Origin: Marsupella aquatica
Taxonomy: Eukaryota; Plantae; Marchantiophyta
NCBI GenBank assembly: GCA_973895155.1
Contig: OZ316894.1
Location: 12,254,828-12,318,827 of the forward strand
Direction of reading: 5' to 3'
DNA: 64,000 nt
In this document: piece by piece, positions 61,596 through 64,000 of the stretch
Layout of the letters: the number at the start of each line of letters is the position of its first letter
Numbering within the stretch: the stretch's first letter is position 1
Position numbers and translations under genes: made by a program
Notes under the pieces: generated by a model
The model's database searches: none
What the model was told of the DNA's origin: nothing
What the model saw: the letters and a program-made list of their open reading frames with translations, nothing else

Positions 61596-64000
61596 ATGGG
61601 CAAGCTCATAATAAAGAAGAAGTGGAGCTACTCCCGGGAGTTTTTGGCAATATTTCTCTGCGTGCTATGGGCCCTGCATGTTGGAGCTACATCAGGGTTT
61701 TCTATGTTTTCAGACCCCGGTTCAAGCTTCAATTTGACCTCTGCTGGATTCGCGTGGGTTTCGACTATGGACGGATCGGACTTGAAGGATAATGTAGAAG
61801 GAAACGTGGAGAGTGATGGAAAGAACATGCCTTCAGGGGATGTTACCGATGCCGAGGTGGAAACGGCGTTTCCCTCAATTGATTCAATGCTGCAATGGGC
61901 TATCGGTAAGTCTCAATTCATCTTGCCATGAATGGCAGATCTATCCTATTGCAATTGAGCTAGACTTATCATAAACGAAGTGGAGAACCTTTCACATGCT
62001 TCTGTGTATGACTAGGGATGTGTGTTATATGGACTTGTGTGTCGTCATTACAGCGGAGCACCGTGCTACGCATTGTTAAGGTTCACAAGTTAGCTTAAGA
62101 GGAATATACGTGAATATACTTAAAAGTCCATCCGCAAAAACCCTAGGAAACCTTTCACTCGTGATCGCAACTCGCTGACCAGGGTAGCTGAATTTTGGTA
62201 GGAATCCCTTTGCATTAAGCTTGTGGGAAATCAACTCTTAAGCGCTTACAGCAGATCAAGTTTTCTTCCAGTGATAGTCATATTTCCTGGCATTCTGTTT
62301 GAAGTAGGTGTGCTTTTTTTGTCTTTTCTTCTTTCGAGCACAAAAAGTGAGAATCAGGAGGAAGAAACCTCTTAGGGCATATATTAGTATGTCATCCAGG
62401 GTCTGTGTCTCTACTCCCTCATGACCTGTAGTCATGAGCGTCTGGGTAGTGTTCTTTCCCTATTACAATTTCGTATATAACCTGTAAGATGTTGTCGAAG
62501 CTGCATTCGTACATGGTGCTCTGGCTGTTTTCATCAAGAAGCTCATCGTACTGTAATCTGAAAGGTCATCTGGATAATGCAAAGACACTGTACGTCATCA
62601 CGATCATACTGTATTCAAACTTGCCCTAGATGTATTGAGGTTGTCTCGGTTGGTCATGAGGCAGAGTTGCTGTGGTCTTATTTTGACAGGCCATTCAGAC
62701 CCAGAAAAGCTAAAGTCAACTGCGCAGGAAGTGCAGGGGATGACTCCACAACAACTTGAGAAGCGTCAATCAGAATTGAAGGTGATTTGATACTCGAAAG
62801 ATTTAACGTTTCGTTTCACCATACAAGTGATGGCGCCCGCTAATTTAAACTGTTTTAGGCATGTAGCGTGACCATATAGGCATTTACGGAGATACTCTGG
62901 TTGTTCTAAAGCACTCGTTCTTTGTTGTCACAGGAATTAAGGGAGAAATTGCGCATGAATTCCGACGCAGACTTGATGAAAATCTCTCTTGCTGACCTCC
63001 AGAATGATTCATCGCCTGCTGCTGACCGGCAGCGTGCTTTACAAGAGCTACTGGAGCTTGTGGAACCTATAGATAATGCTCTTGGTAATTTTCCCCAAGC
63101 CCAATGTTAACTGAACTCGGATACTTCCATGGCAGAAGCCTTCGCTATCTTGATGTGTTTGAACTTTTTGAATTGTTGTGGTCCTCTTTCTTCATCTCCA
63201 GTACTGTGCCTAAAATGACCATATGAAGCCATGACAGATTTGGGTAAACTTGGAGGCCTGGTGGTCGTTACTGGTGAGCTTGAGAGAGATGAAGGGGACC
63301 TTCGAACAACTGCTGCATGGGTTCTCGGAAAGGCCAGCCAAAATAACCCTGTGGTTCAGAACCAGGTTGGATTCCTTGTTGTTCCAGGCTACTGCCACTG
63401 TGTGCGAAATATGCAAGAATTTGTGATCATCTTACCTTCGGGTAGTTTGTATAGGGTAGGATGAGTTATCTTGTCTGCTGACCTCGTAATGAAGTGATAT
63501 ATTAGTAGTTTCTTAATAAGGCTAGCAGTCCTTCTTCAACAATCACGGAGAGGTGGAAATGCTCACGGACGGAGGTTTACTAGATAGGATTGAGAAAGTT
63601 GATTTTCCCCATTAAAATGTTTTACAGTTATTGAGACTCGGTGCACTGCCGAAGCTAATGAAGATGGTGGGTTCAAGTGACAATGAAGAGGCTGTGAAAG
63701 CATTGTATGCTGTATCGGCATTAATTCGAAACTTCCCATCTGGACATGAAGCATTCTACGAGGATGGTGGAGCTGTCTTGCTCCAGGTGAGTTGAATTCT
63801 ACTGTAGTTTAAAAGGAAGTGTTATCATCCTCGAGTTTAGCACATAGTTTAGCATATGACAAGTACAACGGTAGTATAATGTTCGGAGCATGCTTCTATC
63901 TTTGTGACCTAGCTCACATCGTGGAGTCGATCATGACAGGTGTTGCTTAGTGGTGACGACGTTGATGCCAGGCTTAAGAAAAAGGCACTGTCCCTTCTGG
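61596..64000 (+). CDS. SIL1: Hsp70/BiP nucleotide-exchange factor, SIL1/Fes1/HspBP1 family, with signal peptide; 3'-partial (exons 61596-61905, 62690-62781, 62934-63084, 63238-63365, 63628-63786, 63940->64000)
   Basis: Hydrophobic N-terminus FLAIFLCVLWALHVGA followed by DSMLQWAIG|HSDPEKLK, SDADLMK, ALQELLELVEPIDNA, DLGKLGGL, AAWVLGKASQNNPVVQNQ and KALYAVSALIRN. Introns are GT-AG. ER targeting is inferred. Confidence 0.88.

Overview
Eukaryotic, intron-containing land-plant genomic DNA. Five spliced protein-coding genes can be assembled by hand: an R2R3-MYB (+, 10829-13829), proteasome maturation factor UMP1/POMP (-, 30855-33670), a DDX24/MAK5/RH13-type DEAD-box helicase (-, 35683-41667), an RNF216/TRIAD3-like RBR E3 ligase (-, 46724-~50240) and a signal-peptide-bearing SIL1/Fes1-type Hsp70 nucleotide-exchange factor (+, 61596 to beyond the window end). 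The rest is a layered transposon landscape. The most notable element is a full-length (~4.0 kb), TSD-bounded but disabled non-LTR retrotransposon with a restriction-like endonuclease (CRE-clade-like, 51958-55950). A 5'-truncated sibling lies at 336-654, and the window also contains uninterrupted paralogs of both insertion sites. Also present are two near-complete non-autonomous Helitrons plus a Helitron 3' fragment, a tRNA-derived SINE inserted at a Helitron terminus, several MITEs, and Copia and L1 RT relics. All calls come from reading the sequence by eye; no database searches were run.
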